64,000 nucleotides of DNA from Pelagomonas calceolata (GCA_918797485.1 CAKKNE010000002.1:5766001-5830000), one strand, 5' to 3'. Numbered from the stretch's first letter, positions 31,272-41,530 are shown. The notes: generated from the letters alone by a model not told the origin. A program made the numbers and translations.

Positions 31272-32567
31272 ATGCATTGGGGCAGCCTCCTCGCCGCCGC
31301 CGCGGCCGCCGCCACGCCGCAAGAGCGACAATTGGCCGGCGTCTCGACGAGCGCCACGAGCGGCCAACGATGGAAAACAGAAAGGAAAAGGCGCTTCGAG
31401 GGCGTCGTCGGCCTCACGAATATTGATCGGCCGCGCTGGCCGCGGCCGCGCCTGAAATGTGTCAGGGCGGCGGTGTGTACGACGATAAACGCCTTGACAC
31501 AACCTATAGAGATCGTGGCGAACGCCTCGGACTGGTGTTTGGTGGTCGTTGGCGACGCCATCACGCCCGGCGACGCGTACCAACGGTTAGCAAGGCAGAA
31601 ACCTGATAAAGTCGCGTACCTGAGTCTCGAGGACCAAAGACGATTACCGTACGAGACGAGCGCGGCGATGCCCGAGCGCCATTTTGGGAGGAAGAACGTG
31701 GGTTACGTCTACGCGGCGCACGCCGGTGCTTCTCAAATTTTTGACTTCGACGACGACAACGCGCTCCTGTCGGCCACCGCTCTGGACGGGCTCAAACCTA
31801 CCACGAAAGTATATCTAGCTTCGGGCCAGGGTCCCGTGAACCCCTACCCCTGGTTCGGCGCCTCGAAGGCCTGGCCGCGCGGCCTGCCCCTCGATTCCTT
31901 GAATGCCGCGAACGCGTCGCTATCGACGACCAAATCCACGGTACAACTGGGGGCGGTCCAGGGCCTCGCGCAGCGCGACCCCGACGTGGACGCCATCTAT
32001 AGGTTGGCGCCCCGAAACGCTTTACCCTTGCCGTTCTTTTTTGAGAGAAAGGCGGCTTCGGAAAATCTGATAGCCCTCTCGCACAAAACGATGGCGCCCT
32101 TCAACGCGCAAGCGACGCTCTGGTTCCGCGACGCCTTTGCAGCTTTGTACTTACCTACCACGGTCCACGGCCGCGTGTCGGATATTTGGCGGTCGTATGC
32201 GGCGCAGGCCGCGTTCCGTTGCCAGGGGTTGTCTTTGGCCTTCAGTCCGCCGGTCGTGGAACAAGACAGGAACGCCCACGACTTCATGGGCGACTACATG
32301 AGCGAACGGCCCCTCTACGAGGAGGCGGGGGCGCTCGTCGAGTACCTCCTCGCGTGGCCGTGCCCTTCTGGTAGTTCGCTGCCGGCGGTCTTCGAGCGGC
32401 TCTTCGTGGACCTCTACGAGCGCGGCTTTATCGAGGTCCAGGACGTCGGGCGGCTCCAGGCGTTTCTGAGGGATCTGATCCGCGCGACGGACCACGGCGC
32501 GGCGCTCCCCGGGCGGGCGAACCGGCACAGGCGGGGCGGCTGGCGGAGCGGGGCGGGTAGTGGATAA
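31272..32567 (+). CDS. STELLO/DUF288-like glycosyltransferase
   Basis: RKNVGY, DFDDDN, DPDVDAIYRL, PFNAQATLW, GRVSDIWRSY. Confidence 0.85.
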   Translation: MHWGSLLAAAAAAATPQERQLAGVSTSATSGQRWKTERKRRFEGVVGLTNIDRPRWPRPRLKCVRAAVCTTINALTQPIEIVANASDWCLVVVGDAITPGDAYQRLARQKPDKVAYLSLEDQRRLPYETSAAMPERHFGRKNVGYVYAAHAGASQIFDFDDDNALLSATALDGLKPTTKVYLASGQGPVNPYPWFGASKAWPRGLPLDSLNAANASLSTTKSTVQLGAVQGLAQRDPDVDAIYRLAPRNALPLPFFFERKAASENLIALSHKTMAPFNAQATLWFRDAFAALYLPTTVHGRVSDIWRSYAAQAAFRCQGLSLAFSPPVVEQDRNAHDFMGDYMSERPLYEEAGALVEYLLAWPCPSGSSLPAVFERLFVDLYERGFIEVQDVGRLQAFLRDLIRATDHGAALPGRANRHRRGGWRSGAGSG

Positions 32568-32924
32568 TCGTCAGAGTGCATGTGTAGGAGGGCGCGGCCG
32601 GCCCCGGCGGCCTCGCGGCGACCGCTGGAGAGAACCCAAGTTCCCATGGTGGGGCGGGCTACCAGTTGCTCAAGTAGCTCGGCTTCCAAGCTCTCCCTAA
32701 TCACTCGTCCGGGGCACTAGCCATAGCGCGACTCCTAGCGCTCTCCTTTTTGCATGCTGTCTCTGGCGCTAATTGCTCCGCTCGCACACAGCGTGCCGAG
32801 AGAGCTGCTTGAGCATCGCGCCTAGGACTAATACCGCCTCAGAGCAGCCATCGCTGGGGCTGCCCCTCTCGGCATTCTCGCTGCCCACACGCCAGCCGCC
32901 GCGCTGCCTAACAATAGCAAAACG

Positions 32925-33821
32925 ATGACCACGCCCATCGACTTCGGGAACTGCAGTCAGGCGGTGCCCCACGAGCGCCGGTTCAACCCCCGCGCGAAGC
33001 CCAAGAAATCCCCGGGACCTGGTAGTTATGATATCATAAACACCCCTACCGACGTCACCACAAAGTACAAGACGACGCCCACCTACAAGATGGGCTCATC
33101 TACAGCACCTAGATTCAATAAAAAAGCCCACGACACGATCTCGCCGGGGCCCGGTATTTATCAATTGAACCCTTCGGTAGGAGACCAGACGCTATCCACA
33201 AAACGGAGTGCCGGTAGAGTGACATTTAACATGGGGAAAAGAGGTGAGAAGAAGAGGTATCAAGGTAGTCTAGTGCACGCCTACATCGACCCCCATTCTC
33301 GCCTGGATACGAGGTCGGCGTCCGCGTTTGGTGCATCTACGGCCGATCGGTTCGCGCAATCCAAACGGGACATCCTGAACTCCTGCAGTCCCGGACCGGG
33401 AAGTGCGTGGAAGCACGGCATTTATTCCGGACTTAGTAAAAGAGGCGGCGCCACCCTGGGAACAGCTCGACGGTTCATGAACGACAAAAAATTGTCGGCT
33501 TCTGATGCATCGCTCAACCAGTCCATCGTCGAAAGTGTGGGAGACAAAAAGTCCTTCTACGAGGAGGACCACGCGCGGCCGGGGCCGGGGCAGTACACGA
33601 TCCCGACGACGATGGGCCCCTATCCGGATTCAAAAATGCGGTCGGTCGTCGTGCCCGTCTTCACGGAGGGCACGCGGGAGACGAAGCCGCCCAAGCGCAC
33701 GCCGGGGCCCTCGGACTACGAAGGGCGATCCACGATGGGGCGGCAGCCGATATCAACAAAGAGATCGGAGCCCGGGTTTAGGTTTGGGGCCGCCGAGCGG
33801 CCGATTGGTAAATCAATATAA
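32925..33821 (+). CDS. Sperm-tail PG-rich repeat (ODF3/SHIPPO-like) protein
   Basis: Repeated PGPGxY motifs (SPGPGSY, SPGPGIY, PGPGQY, TPGPSDY). Confidence 0.8.
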   Translation: MTTPIDFGNCSQAVPHERRFNPRAKPKKSPGPGSYDIINTPTDVTTKYKTTPTYKMGSSTAPRFNKKAHDTISPGPGIYQLNPSVGDQTLSTKRSAGRVTFNMGKRGEKKRYQGSLVHAYIDPHSRLDTRSASAFGASTADRFAQSKRDILNSCSPGPGSAWKHGIYSGLSKRGGATLGTARRFMNDKKLSASDASLNQSIVESVGDKKSFYEEDHARPGPGQYTIPTTMGPYPDSKMRSVVVPVFTEGTRETKPPKRTPGPSDYEGRSTMGRQPISTKRSEPGFRFGAAERPIGKSI

Positions 33822-33866
33822 TTAATGTTTTGCTTAGAGCTAGGCCGCCTAGCCGTGGGGCCTTCT

Positions 33867-34590
33867 TTAGTGCGGAATAACGTACTCGTGGCGCTCCGAG
33901 TTTCGCGGAGGCTCGCCCTCGATCGTCTCCTGGTGGACCACGCGCCCAGTGTCCACTTCGAACTCCTCCCGGACCCAGCGATCCGGAGGTCGTGGAGAAC
34001 CACGGGGAGCGACGATCTGGGCCGAGTCTCCGCGCCGCGGTATGTTGAAGGGATTCCGGGGGTCCCCCGCCCGTCCCGCCCGCTCGGCCTCGGTGAGCCC
34101 CCGATGACGAAAGTACCGCACGGCGGTACGCGGCGGCGCTGGAGGCACAGCGACCGTGTCGCCGTCCGCGTTCTCCATGGCGGCGACGTCGTTTCGCGCG
34201 TCGCGGGCGGCCAGGACGAGCGTCCCGAGAACGGCGCGCTGGCCCTCCGAGCCCTCCGGGAGCTCGGTGAGGCGTCTCGCGCGGCCGGACGCGGCGCTCC
34301 GGCTCCTGGGCCGCGTCCGCGTCCTCGGGCGTCTCAGCGCTTCTGCGAGGGCGTCGGGTCCGTCGGCGTCGCGTCGTCCTGCTCATATGATGATGAGGGT
34401 CAGAAGGGAAATAAAAATTGTGATGTCAACTTTGCCTTCGGAGGAGAATTCGCGCACGCGCGCCGCGGTCGACGCGCCTGGTACCTTGCCTACTATCGTG
34501 CCCGACAAGGCGCGCACACTCCGCGGAGTCAAAAGCAAAAAATGATAAAAACCCGCGCAGTCCCGCACGTATACTAATGTAACCGCTCAT
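33867..34590 (-). CDS. Hypothetical protein; two exons (34590-34569, 34378-33867)
   Basis: A phase-1 intron 34379-34568 (GTGCGG...CTGAC...GCAG) joins a 22-nt ATG exon in frame with ORF 33867-34178. Confidence 0.45.
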
Positions 34591-34641
34591 GAAACGCTAG
34601 CCGGCGGGGGGAAATGAAGCACATACTTATAAACACACACA

Positions 34642-35592
34642 CTAGAACAGCCCCGCGAGGAAGGCCAGGATGGCGGAGGCCGACGCGGGCCCGCACTCGT
34701 GGCTGCACGCCTGCGGCAGGAACGTGACCCGCGCGCCGTTCGTCTGGAGCAGGTCCCGCAGCCAGGGCGCCGTGTAGTAGGGGATCGTGCGGTCCTCGAG
34801 GCCGTGGAGCTGGAGCACGCGCAGCCCCTTCTTACCTTGCAGCTTGCGCGCCCAGTCCTCGACGCACATGACGAAGCCCGAGAGCGCGACGACGCCCGCG
34901 CACGGCTCGGGCGCGTCCAGTGCCAGATCGACGGCGACCATGGCTCCTTGCGAGAAGCCCGCGAGGCAGATCTGTGATGGTGCGACGCCCGCCCGGCGCC
35001 GGAGCGTCTGGAGAAACTGGCGCTGGCGGCAACGCATCTCGGGCACGCCGTTGGGCGTCGCGCGCACGACGCGCGCCTTCGCCGCCTCTCCCATTGTTAC
35101 GGCGTAGAGGTACTTCGTCACGTCGAGCTCGAACCAGCTCTCGCCGCTCGGACACTGCGGCAGGACGACCTGGAGCCGCCGCGGCAACAAGCGCTCGCAG
35201 AGCAGCGCGGCCAGCGCCGCAAATTCGACGCCGTGCGCTCCGTAGCCGTGGTAGAGCACGACTACTAATTCTGGCGCCGCGGCGCCCACACACAAGCAGC
35301 GGAGGCCGTCGATGACCTCGAGCGTCGCGGCGCCGGCCCGCACGAGCGTCTGCTCTACTTCTAATCCTTCTTTTCCCGGCGCGTCCCGCGCGGCGATGAC
35401 GGCGTCTGTATATCGCTTCTCCAGCTCGGACCGCTCGACGCAGTCCGCGTGGCGCAGGCCCGACGCCGAGATCGCGCGGCGCAGCTCGCGCACGGTCTTC
35501 GGCGGCTCGGGTTTCGCCGTCGTAAATAAGCCGCGGAAGAAGGCGTTCGTCTCCGGGAAGAGCTCTTTGCTTTTGTGGTTGTTGTTGGCCAT
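34642..35592 (-). CDS. Phospholipase/carboxylesterase (alpha/beta hydrolase)
   Basis: LYHGYGA, GFSQG nucleophile elbow, HGLEDRTIP, catalytic His in SHEC. Confidence 0.85.
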   Translation of the reverse strand: MANNNHKSKELFPETNAFFRGLFTTAKPEPPKTVRELRRAISASGLRHADCVERSELEKRYTDAVIAARDAPGKEGLEVEQTLVRAGAATLEVIDGLRCLCVGAAAPELVVVLYHGYGAHGVEFAALAALLCERLLPRRLQVVLPQCPSGESWFELDVTKYLYAVTMGEAAKARVVRATPNGVPEMRCRQRQFLQTLRRRAGVAPSQICLAGFSQGAMVAVDLALDAPEPCAGVVALSGFVMCVEDWARKLQGKKGLRVLQLHGLEDRTIPYYTAPWLRDLLQTNGARVTFLPQACSHECGPASASAILAFLAGLF

Positions 35593-35909
35593 CGCGATTA
35601 TTTATTTTGCTGCACTGCTCTCTCCCTGCACCTTTTATCCTGCTCTGAGCGCTGCAGTTTTTCACGTGGGCCGCCTCGCGCTACTTTTTTTGCGTACAGC
35701 TCAGCAAATTCCAGGCGCACTGGCGTATTTATGCGACCATCCAGCCCGCTTTGCGCCACCATAACTCAAACGTGCCGGGTTTTACAGGGCGTTCGCTCCA
35801 CGCGTGGCGCCATCAAGGTTCGCCCACCAAATGGCGTCATAAAAAGCCGCTGAGGACTAGCTCGCCCGCCGCGGAACGTAGGGTCCTAAGTAATTTTAAG
35901 CGGCGGGCC

Positions 35910-36347
35910 TCACGCGCTCGGCGGCGGCAGGTCGCTCCCCGCGAGCATCGGCGCGATGGCCGGGAAGAAGAGGAAGAGGGCCAGGGACCCAAAGAGCGGG
36001 ATCGCCGCGAGGTACAACGAAATATCGAACGCGTCCGTGCCGCTCGACCCCGGAATCATGCCGCCGAGCGTCGCCGCCCGCTCCTCCTCGGGCGTCGCCT
36101 CGAAGCTCTTGAGCTTCGCCTCGAGCGACGCCGCGACGGCCGCGTCGGAGTCGGCGCCGCCGAGCCGCACGCCGTAGTCGTAATAGCTCACGACGCCGTC
36201 GCTGTCGCACGCCTGGCGCCAGTCCTCGTTGGTTGCGCTGATGCGCGTCCACGGCGTCCCTCGTCGCGCCGGTGGCAGGGTGAAGGCCGCCGTGCTGGCG
36301 GCACCGAGCAGCAGGGCGAGGCCGGCGGCGCGCGGGACGGACTGCAT
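35910..36347 (-). CDS. Small, probably plastid-targeted membrane protein
   Basis: Signal peptide ending TAA-F, transit-like segment, GVVSYYDYGVRL, C-terminal TM. Confidence 0.6.
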   Translation of the reverse strand: MQSVPRAAGLALLLGAASTAAFTLPPARRGTPWTRISATNEDWRQACDSDGVVSYYDYGVRLGGADSDAAVAASLEAKLKSFEATPEEERAATLGGMIPGSSGTDAFDISLYLAAIPLFGSLALFLFFPAIAPMLAGSDLPPPSA

Positions 36348-36676
36348 TCGACTGGGATCTTATTTATGGTGTTCGGAGGTGCTGTGGCGATATTTTTGAG
36401 GCCCGGCTTGCTGCGCACGTCTCGTTCCGGCGGCGAGAAACTAGCGTGCATTGACACACTAGCCCTCCAACTCGCCGCTCAAGCCAATCAGCCGCGCGCA
36501 ACCCCACACAACTGCATCGCTCCAAGCCAGCACCTCACAAACGCATCGCTGTGGACGGCTGCGCAGACGTGGGCAAGACGCGCCCCCTGGGGAGCAGCGA
36601 GCCCTAAAAGGGAGCCGCGCCTAAACAGGGCGGCGCAGCGCGGGCCGGCGCTGTACGCCATCGACGCGACACCACA

Positions 36677-37093
36677 ATGTCGGTCACCGGCAAGCGCGGC
36701 GTCGGCGTGCCGGTGATCCTCATGCACGACGGCGAGGGCACGATCGTGACGGTCGAGTGCAAGAACGGGGACACGTACCGCGGGTTCCTGGACGAGACGG
36801 AGGACAACATGAACTGCATCCTGAAGGACGCGACGCGGACCGACGCCAAGGGGAACAAGACAGCCGTCGAGCACATCTTTTTGCGGGGGTCGCAGATCGC
36901 GTTCTTCGTGTTCCCCAACATGCTGAAGAAGGCGCCGATGTTCAAGCGCGTCCGGGACTGGAAGCGGAACAACTCGAAACGGCGGCCGGTCCAGGGGGGG
37001 CAGGCGCGCGGCCAGGCCGCGGCGATCATCCGGAAGGCGCAGCTGCGGCAGCAGCAGCAGATGCAGATGCTCCAGGCGGGGCCGCCCCGATGA
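36677..37093 (+). CDS. SNRPD3: Small nuclear ribonucleoprotein Sm D3
   Basis: GVPVILMHDGEGTIVTVECKNGDTYRGFLDETEDNMNC...IFLRGSQIAFFVFPNMLKKAPMF. Confidence 0.9.
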   Translation: MSVTGKRGVGVPVILMHDGEGTIVTVECKNGDTYRGFLDETEDNMNCILKDATRTDAKGNKTAVEHIFLRGSQIAFFVFPNMLKKAPMFKRVRDWKRNNSKRRPVQGGQARGQAAAIIRKAQLRQQQQMQMLQAGPPR

Positions 37094-37273
37094 TGACAGT
37101 CCTGTTCGATCGTCGTTTTTAGTTTAAGTAGTGGTCTTCTCTCCCGGATATTGGTCGTGCGCTGTTGGAGTTTTCTAGCCTGATGCACCCCCCGCGTGCC
37201 GCTGGTCCTCGAATCGACGGCGTTGTGGTCGTCGTCGCGTGGGTGGGGCAAAAAAAGGCAAAAAGAGAAACCT

Positions 37274-37382
37274 CACCCGAGGTGGGACTTGAACCCACGA
37301 CCAGTATCCTCTGCGCGTAGCAGATCTGGATTAAAAGTCCAGCGCTCTGACCAACTGAGCTACCTATGCCTGAAGATCGGGC
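37274..37382 (-). tRNA. tRNA-Lys(TTT) with two non-canonical introns (37377-37365 at 5/6; 37325-37304 at 43/44)
   Basis: Spliced 74-nt cloverleaf: GCCCGGG TA GCTC AGTTGGTCA GAGC G CTGGA CTTTTAA TCCAG TGGTC GTGGG TTCAAGT CCCAC CTCGGGT G; oligo-T runs downstream. Confidence 0.9.
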
Positions 37383-37674
37383 AGTGACAGATACGTCTGT
37401 CGCGTACAGCAGTCGTGCGCGGTGCGGTTTTCGTGCGGGTTCAGTTGCCACCCATTATATTTCGTTCGTCAAAAAAACCCGGCCGCCTGCTTTTCTCGCG
37501 TCGTTGGCGAGTATCCTCAAAGAGCTGACACGGAGCCCACCGTCGGTCGCCGGTGTGCTGTATTCCGACAAGCGCACCAAAATCTCGGCGAAAACGGGAC
37601 CCGTTCGGGCGCCTTATTGAGAGCATCTCAGGCTGTCTTGGCTGCGCGGCGAAGGCGTCGCCAAGGAAGCACGC

Positions 37675-39570
37675 ATGGCGGACGACGTGAGTGACGAGCC
37701 GCCCGTCGGCGACGCGCGCACCAGCTGGCTGCCAGCGCAAAGCGCACAAATTCTCGCTCTCGGCGACGCCGCGCGCCGCAGAAACGCTGCGTACCAAAAT
37801 GCCTGGCAAAAGCTGCAGCCGCCCGCGAAGACGCAGCCGCTCAAAAGTTCGGAGCGCCGGAGCTTGCGCCAGGCGCTGCAGAAGCAGTTTGCGCCAGCGC
37901 TCGACGCGGCCGAAGCCATCGACGCAGTATTGCCGACGAGCAAAAACGCCGCGGTGACGCGCGGCCGCCAAGACAGGACGGAGCTGATCCTCGTCGACGG
38001 CGTCGTGGCGCTCGCGTCGCAAGAGCCGGTCGACGGGGACGCGAAATCGAGAGCCGCGCGCAAGACGTGGGTCCCGACGCCGCTCGTGCTGCAGCGATGC
38101 CCGCACATCCTGCGACAAGTCGCCGTGCATGCGCCCGTGGCGCACGGCCCCCTCAAGCGGGGTGCAGATTTGTACGCGGGCGGCGTCGTCGGCTTCGGTC
38201 ACGCGACGCGGGAGACAGCGGGATCGTGGCCCGAGGCGCTCTTTGGCGGCCCCATCGCCCAGGGCGAGCTAGTCGCGGTCTGCGCGCGCGATTCGTGGGC
38301 GCCCGTCGCCGTCGGCCGATTTTCGAAATCTTCCGAGGACATGGTGCTCGAGGGGAGCCGCGGCGCGTGCGTCGACGTACTGCTCAGAGTCGGCGACGGC
38401 GTCTGGCCCAACACGGCCGTGGACGCGTCGACGTCGTCGTCGAGCCCGCCCGAATTCTGCGTCGCCGCCGCCGCGGCGGCGGCCGAGAGCGCGGCGGACG
38501 CGCTCGCCTTGGCCGCGGAGCGGCACGCCGCGCGGACCGCTGCGGCGGCGGCGGCCGCGCACGCGGCCGAGGTCCTCGACCTCAAGGCGCGGACGAAGCG
38601 CCTCGCCAAGTCGCTCCGCCAGGTCGCGGACCTGCGCGGGCGGGAGCTCAAGGACGACGCGCAGCGCACCAAGGCCGCGCGCGGGCCCGCGCTCGAAGCG
38701 GAGCTCGCCTACGCCGAGGCCCGGCTCGCGGAGCTCCAGCGCGCGGTCGACGACGCGGCTGCGTCCAATGGTGTCGCTGAGGCCGCTGTTGAGGGCGCCG
38801 CCGGAGATACGGACGAGGCCGCGGGCGCCGATGTCGGCGACGATGGCGCTGACGCCGAGACCGAAGCCGCCGCCGGCGACACGGACGCTGCAGATGACGA
38901 CGACGAAGAGGAGGCCGCCGCGCCGCCGCCGTCCCCCGACGAGATCTTCCGCGCAGCGTTCCTCACGACACTGCGGCGCGACCTGAAGCCGCCCGTGCTC
39001 GCCGCCGAGGCCGTCGGCGCGGCGGCGAAGCTAGGGGGCGCGTCCGTGAAGGAGACGTCGTGGAAGAAGGCTGCCAAATTCCTGGAGAGCCTCGCGGGCG
39101 TCGTCGACTGCAGGGAGAAGTCCAAGGGCGTCCTCGAGGTCGTGTCCGTGGACTGGGGTCGAGCGCCTCCGTTTGAACTCGTCGAGAAGGCTGCCGTCGC
39201 GGACGAGTTCGCCGCGCTGCGCGCCACGAAGAGGGGAGGCTGCGTCACCGTCTCCGTGCGGCGCGTGCGCAACAAGAACTGCACGTTCGTGGACGGGTTA
39301 GACGGGTGGGGCTTCGACGAAGCGCGACAGAAAGCCGTCGCGGCGGCCCTCCGGACCAAATTCTCCGCCGCGGCGTCGGTCGCGGCGAGAAAAGGCACCG
39401 AGGACAACCGCAAGGGCAAGAAGTTCTTCTCGATCATGGTCCAGGGCAAGTACGCCGAGCAGATCGGCGACGTCCTCCGGCGGGATTTTGGCGTGCTCAC
39501 TGTGTCAGTGCAGGCGAAGAAGGGCCTGGTGACGAAGAAGGACCGGCAGGCGTTCTCGAGCGCGCTCTAG
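37675..39570 (+). CDS. EIF2D: eIF2D/ligatin-like protein (PUA and SUI1 domains)
   Basis: LKSSERRSLR, GADLYAGGV (PUA), VKETSWKKAAKFL, RNKNCTFVDGL...IMVQG (SUI1). Confidence 0.75.
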   Translation: MADDVSDEPPVGDARTSWLPAQSAQILALGDAARRRNAAYQNAWQKLQPPAKTQPLKSSERRSLRQALQKQFAPALDAAEAIDAVLPTSKNAAVTRGRQDRTELILVDGVVALASQEPVDGDAKSRAARKTWVPTPLVLQRCPHILRQVAVHAPVAHGPLKRGADLYAGGVVGFGHATRETAGSWPEALFGGPIAQGELVAVCARDSWAPVAVGRFSKSSEDMVLEGSRGACVDVLLRVGDGVWPNTAVDASTSSSSPPEFCVAAAAAAAESAADALALAAERHAARTAAAAAAAHAAEVLDLKARTKRLAKSLRQVADLRGRELKDDAQRTKAARGPALEAELAYAEARLAELQRAVDDAAASNGVAEAAVEGAAGDTDEAAGADVGDDGADAETEAAAGDTDAADDDDEEEAAAPPPSPDEIFRAAFLTTLRRDLKPPVLAAEAVGAAAKLGGASVKETSWKKAAKFLESLAGVVDCREKSKGVLEVVSVDWGRAPPFELVEKAAVADEFAALRATKRGGCVTVSVRRVRNKNCTFVDGLDGWGFDEARQKAVAAALRTKFSAAASVAARKGTEDNRKGKKFFSIMVQGKYAEQIGDVLRRDFGVLTVSVQAKKGLVTKKDRQAFSSAL

Positions 39571-39607
39571 TAGGTAAGTTGTTGTGAGTTGTGTCGAAAT
39601 GCACCGT

Positions 39608-39710
39608 GGGCTAGCTAGTCCTCAGCACTTTTTCGTCGAGCGTATGACGGGCTAGCTAGTCCTCAGCACCTGCGCGGCGTGCGCAGGGCGGGCTAGCTAG
39701 TCCTCAGCAC
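39608..39710 (-). repeat. Second 41-bp-period array (3 units of the same 21-mer)
   Basis: GGGCTAGCTAGTCCTCAGCAC at 39608, 39649 and 39690. Confidence 0.9.
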
Positions 39711-39739
39711 TTTTGCCCGACACGCGCCGCAGGCGGCTA

Positions 39740-40143
39740 TAAACTAAAAACGACGATCGAACAGGACCGTCATCATCGGGGCGGCCCCGCCTGGAGCATC
39801 TGCATCTGCTGCTGCTGCCGCAGCTGCGCCTTCCGGATGATCGCCGCGGCCTGGCCGCGCGCCTGCCCCCCCTGGACCGGCCGCCGTTTCGAGTTGTTCC
39901 GCTTCCAGTCCCGGACGCGCTTGAACATCGGCGCCTTCTTCAGCATGTTGGGGAACACGAAGAACGCGATCTGCGACCCCGCAAAAAGATGTGCTCGACG
40001 GCTGTCTTGTTCCCCTTGGCGTCGGTCCGCGTCGCGTCCTTCAGGATGCAGTTCATGTTGTCCTCCGTCTCGTCCAGGAACCCGCGGTACGTGTCCCCGT
40101 TCTTGCACTCGACCGTCACGATCGTGCCCCCGTTCTTGCACTC
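39740..40143 (-). pseudogene. 5'-truncated, frameshifted inverted copy of SmD3 plus its 3' UTR
   Basis: Near-identical to about 36739-37127; one G missing in the CGGGGG run; short internal duplication (GAGTGCAAGAACGGGG) at the 5' junction. Confidence 0.8.
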
Positions 40144-40300
40144 GTGCTGAGGACTAGCTAGCCCACGGTACGATTCGAAACAACTCACAACAACTTACTT
40201 GCTAGAGCGCGCTCGAGAACGCCTGCCGGTCCTTCTTCGTCACCAGACCCTTCTTCGCCTGCACCGACACCGTGAGCACGCCGAAGTCCCGCCGGAGGAC
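40144..40300 (-). repeat. Inverted copy of the eIF2D 3' end, 3' UTR and one 21-mer unit
   Basis: Reverse complement of about 39472-39628 with scattered substitutions. Confidence 0.85.
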
Positions 40301-41316
40301 TATGCCCTCGAGCCGCACAGGCCGTGCTCGCGAAGAAGCGCGCCGCCCACGCGTCGCAGGCCTCTCCGCAGAGGAGCTGCCGCCACCTCCGATCGTCGGT
40401 CCACAACGCGCCGAGCTGGACCGCGCGACCGGCCAGCTTCATCGAGCAGGCATGCCCGACGCCGCAATGGCCGGGCCCGCCGTAGCAGTCGAGACGCAGG
40501 TGCTTCTGGCGAGACGGCGCGCGGCTCCACGCGTTGGCCAGGCAGTCGTCGATGGCGAGGTTGACCAGCACGCGCGCGCAGCCGCGCGGTGCGAGGTTCG
40601 GGATGGCGCAGAAGGGCGCGACCTGGAGGCTCGTGCCGAAGACGAGCACCAGGTCAACATCACTACTCCCGGCGCCAAAGTCCTCCGCGAGGCAGTGGGC
40701 GACTCTCGGCGGCAACGCGTCGCCGTAGAGCACAATCGACCCGTCGCGTATCGAGCCGTGGCACTCGACGACCTTCTCCGCCCACGTTGCCGTGAAGAGG
40801 TCCTCGTGCGTGTGCAGGCCGTCCACGTTCTGCGTGTAGAGGCGCGCCAGCACGCCCTGGTCGTGGAGCCAGCGGCAGAAATGATGCGTGGACGTCGGCC
40901 GCGCCGCACTTTGCTTCCACGTCGCGAGCCACGGCGAGATCTCGTCGCGCCACGCGTCGGGATGCCGGGTCACGAAGGAGCGCGACAGGAGCGTCTCCGG
41001 GCGCGAAAGCACCTCCGGAAAGCGGTCCCCGAAGCGCGAGCGGATCGTTTCGAATAAGCCTCCTTTTCGATCGGAAGTCGGGAATGCCGGCCGCGACCGA
41101 TACGCCCGCGCCGGTGCAGACCACGACCCGCCTGTAGGTGCCGGCGGCGAGGCCGTCGAAGAGCTCCTCCTCCGTCAGCGGCGCCCAGCGGCGTCGGGGC
41201 CGCACCGGCAACCCCGCCCTGCGCCGGTGCTTCCTGCCGGCCTCGTGCTCGGCCAGCGACCTCGCGGACTGAAGATCTTTCCCGCAGATGGAGCACCAGT
41301 GCGGCGGGAGGCTCAT
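40185..41316 (-). CDS. Sir2/sirtuin-family protein with N-terminal C2H2 (matrin-like) finger; apparent 1-nt frameshift at about 41064-41067
   Basis: TGAGVSVAAGIPDFRS, YTQNVDGLH, VVECHGS, FGTSLQVAPF, LVN. Removing one A from AAAA gives SKGGLFETIRSRFGDRFPEVLSRPE and joins the two ORFs. Confidence 0.75.
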
Positions 41317-41530
41317 GCGCGCGTCGCGATACGGTCGTCCGACGCCGCGCAGCGCTTACGTGGGGCGGGACCGCTGCGGCGGCGTGTGGGGCAGCCCACA
41401 AGTCGTGTGCCTGTGGCAGCCCTGTTTCGAGTGCCGCACGCCTCAAAAAGCGGTGCCGCCGTGGGAATCTCGGCTGCAGAGGTAGCGATTCTCGTCTACT
41501 CTCGGCTGCAGGGGCAGCAATTGCGCGACC

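Noticed and set aside
33825..34577. 250-aa plus-strand ORF
   Set aside because: No recognisable motif; antisense to a more plausible spliced minus-strand gene.
35751..36716. 321-aa plus-strand ORF
   Set aside because: Non-ATG start, crosses a promoter region and is antisense to the 35910-36347 gene.
41064..41067. Programmed +1 frameshift in the sirtuin
   Set aside because: A homopolymer indel close to another one in the SmD3 copy; sequencing error or decay is simpler.
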